From an uncultured Candidatus Entotheonella sp. (GTDB taxonomy: Bacteria; Tectomicrobia; Entotheonellia; Entotheonellales; Entotheonellaceae), in the NCBI GenBank assembly GCA_965217185.1, contig OZ244252.1, positions 1,600,001 to 1,664,000 on the forward strand: a stretch of 64,000 bases of DNA, in the 5' to 3' direction. Under the pieces are notes generated by a model. It was not told the origin of the DNA. It worked only from the letters and a program-made list of their open reading frames with translations, and ran no database searches. Made by a program: the position numbers and the translations under genes. Shown piece after piece: positions 61,658 through 64,000 of the stretch; the stretch's first letter is position 1; each line of letters opens with the position of its first letter.

Positions 61658-62940
61658 TTACTTCGGACAGTACTCAAACCGCCCTGTCAGTGACCGTGCC
61701 ATCGTTACAAAGGTCTTGGTAATCGGGCTGGATTTTTCCAGGCTATGCCCCTGGGCTAAATACTGAGAAATTCGCTCCAGCAGATGTTGGTTGAAGGCGC
61801 GCCGTTTGAGACTCGCCATGGAAAACCCTGCCTGGGCACCGCCGCTTTGCTGCCGCGCTTCCAGTTTGCCCAAGGTCAGAGCGCTCATACTGGCATTGAA
61901 GTGAAAATGCAGCTTGGCCTGCGAGCGCGCTTGACAGGCACTCAGAGACGTAAACTGCTTGGCGTCTCTGAAGAGAAACTCGATCTGGAAGCGTGCTTTG
62001 TACCCACGATAAAGCGCCTGCGCATCCAAGTCGGTATCGGTGCTGAACAGCACCGCCCGCCGCTGGGTGCGGGTATCCACCACAAGCACGACTCGCAGAG
62101 CCTGCCCCGGAACCCCGTATCAAGTACGGGGCAGGCTTTGATCCGGGGTTGCGCCGAAGATGCACGTGGTTGAGGACTTGATGGTAGAGAATGATGTCGT
62201 CGTCTTCACTCTGCACCCATTCAAAGCGTGACAGGTCGTCCCAATGGACCTTGCCGTCATAGGTCTTGGGACGCCCTGGTCCCGGGCGCCCCGGTCCTTG
62301 GTAGAGATAGCGCAGGCTTGTCCTTGTGAAAACGGGGATTGGCGTCACGGCGCAGTTTGCCAATCTGGTGCAGCCCGAGGGCGCGAACCCCGTCGAGGAA
62401 TTTACGTTTGCTGTAATAGCCATCCGCTACCACATAGCGTAGATGACCCAGATGATGGTCACAGACCACGCCTCTCAATTGTCCAGATAGGCATCGATGC
62501 CTGTTGCCTTGCGGCTCCGAGGTCTTGTCGCTTGGGGATGTCTGCTCGACGCTGAGGCCATAGGCGCAGTTGTCGGTAATGTCGATCCAGGCCAGAAGCG
62601 AGACTTCCAGACCTTTTTCACTGCGCCGGTGGCGGCGGTTCCAGAAGCGTTCAAGGCCATAGGTAGGGGTACCACTTTTGGGGATAAAGCTGGCGTCGAT
62701 AACGAGGGCCTGTTGATGCTCGGGCGCAATCACTTGGGTAATCGCCGCTTTATTGAGTGCGACAAAGTCAAACGGTCGGTCGTACCACCGCGCAAAGAGC
62801 CTGCCCCGGACTCGGTCCGGGGTACGTTCGTGATAGGAACTGTAGCGGCTGAGATTACGAGCTGACGATGCAGCGGTACGTACAGGCACAGTTAGGATGA
62901 CGCCAAGAGCCTGTCGAAGGAATCGCAAATTTGGTTTGGA
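61658..62940 (-). pseudogene. IS4-superfamily (IS701-like DDE) transposase pseudogene with three hairpin insertions
   Basis: IDASFIPKSG, KGLEVS, VADGYY, KLRRDAN|LRY, GRPK.YDGK, ARFQIEFLFRDAKQ; multiple frameshifts. Confidence 0.85.
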
Positions 62941-63030
62941 GTGCCAGAGGATTGCCAAATGAGCTAACAGAAGATGACGACGGAACTGTAACTCTCTCGT
63001 ATTTCGAGGAGTTACAAGAGTTGGAGGGAG

Positions 63031-63391
63031 TGGAGGCGGCGGGAATCGAACCCGCGTCCGAAAGCCTTCGGTCACAGCGTCTACATGCTTATCCGGGGAA
63101 AATGGTTTCGCCTCTTCCCAACCTCCCCAGCCGGGCAAGGAAGACGCTAGCCTGGATTAAATTTCGCCCACCGCTCTCCCCAGGCAGGGGGAACAACGGG
63201 CTATCCCACATCGTGGCGCCTGATCCTGACACCGTGGGCGGGTGACAGGGAGACGCTGGCCGGGATTAAGCGGCCAGAGCTACTTCATAATCATTGGCGA
63301 TTATGTTTTGTTCCGCTTTTTTACGAGGCCAGCGGAGTCCTCGGCATGCAACCGTAACGTCATGTACCCCCGTCGAAATCCTTTCGCCCCC
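63031..63391 (-). ncRNA. ssrA: tmRNA; tag reading frame ANDYEVALAA* (63298-63266)
   Basis: 5' GGGGGCGAAAGGATTTCGAC; 3' GACGCGGGTTCGATTCCCGCCGCCTCCA; G3-U acceptor pair; tag ends in LAA. Confidence 0.96.
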
Positions 63392-63399
63392 TTCGGTAG

Positions 63400-63861
63400 T
63401 TACTCACCGGCCAGCGCCCGCGCGATGTCGCGCTGCGCGTCGCGGCGTTTCATGTCCTGTCGCTTGTCGTATTGCCGCTTACCCTTGGCGAGACCCAGTT
63501 CAATCTTCGCCTTGCCGCGGCTAAAATACATACGGGTCGGAATCAGCGTCAGCCCCCGTTCCTGCGCCTTGCCGGCGAGTCGATGAATCTCCCGCTTGTG
63601 CAGGAGGAGCTTGCGGGGCCGTTCAGGCTCGTGGTTGAAGCGGTTGGCCTGTTCGTACTGATTGATGTACGCATGCAGCAGAAACATCTCGCCGTCGCGG
63701 GCCTCGGCGTAGGCATCCTTCAAGGTCGCCCGCCCGGCCCGCAGGGACTTAACCTCCGTCCCGTGCAGAACCAGCCCGGCTTCGAACACCTCGTCAATCG
63801 CATAGTCGAAGCGCGCCCGCTTGTTGACGCAGATGATTTTCTTGCCGCCTTTGTCTGCCAT
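63400..63861 (-). CDS. smpB: SsrA-binding protein
   Basis: NKRARFDY, EAGL.L.GTEVKSLR, RKLLLH..EI, GK.QYDKR. Confidence 0.97.
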   Translation of the reverse strand: MADKGGKKIICVNKRARFDYAIDEVFEAGLVLHGTEVKSLRAGRATLKDAYAEARDGEMFLLHAYINQYEQANRFNHEPERPRKLLLHKREIHRLAGKAQERGLTLIPTRMYFSRGKAKIELGLAKGKRQYDKRQDMKRRDAQRDIARALAGE

Positions 63862-64000
63862 GCGTCCAATCCTCTTGTTGAGAAGGTCACGCACTATACC
63901 CCGCCGACCCGGTTTTGGCAAGGGAAGCAGGCCCAATTGCACTGTTTACAATGGGTTATTGGCACTTGATAATATACGGCCATGCCGGATTGCCGGCAAC

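Overview
GC-rich bacterial chromosome segment bounded by tRNA-Leu(CAA) at the left end and ssrA(tmRNA)-smpB at the right end. Bases 1-33 kb are mostly housekeeping and metabolic genes (metY, fabH, ispH, dusA, panE-like, P450, an Opp/Dpp ABC transporter, an HmuY-like lipoprotein), interrupted by a collapsed DNA-methyltransferase locus at about 12.9-14.0 kb. Bases 33.3-63 kb are an accessory zone. It contains an ORF-less group II intron nested inside a remnant of another group II intron, IS5/IS701/IS3/IS630/IS4-like pseudogenes, an intact ISAzo13 and toxin-antitoxin remnants. It also contains a (CCGAG)31 microsatellite in front of an 1807-aa cadherin/FN3/Calx-beta/LRR/RTX surface protein, and a second ABC transporter plus two amidohydrolases and a CnbZ-like gene bracketed by a duplicated gene end. 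Several short palindromic repeat families are present, including 22-25-bp hairpin units that have inserted into a transposase and into themselves. The gene content is suggestive of a host-associated, possibly sponge-symbiotic bacterium (inference only). All calls come from reading motifs by eye; no searches were run.
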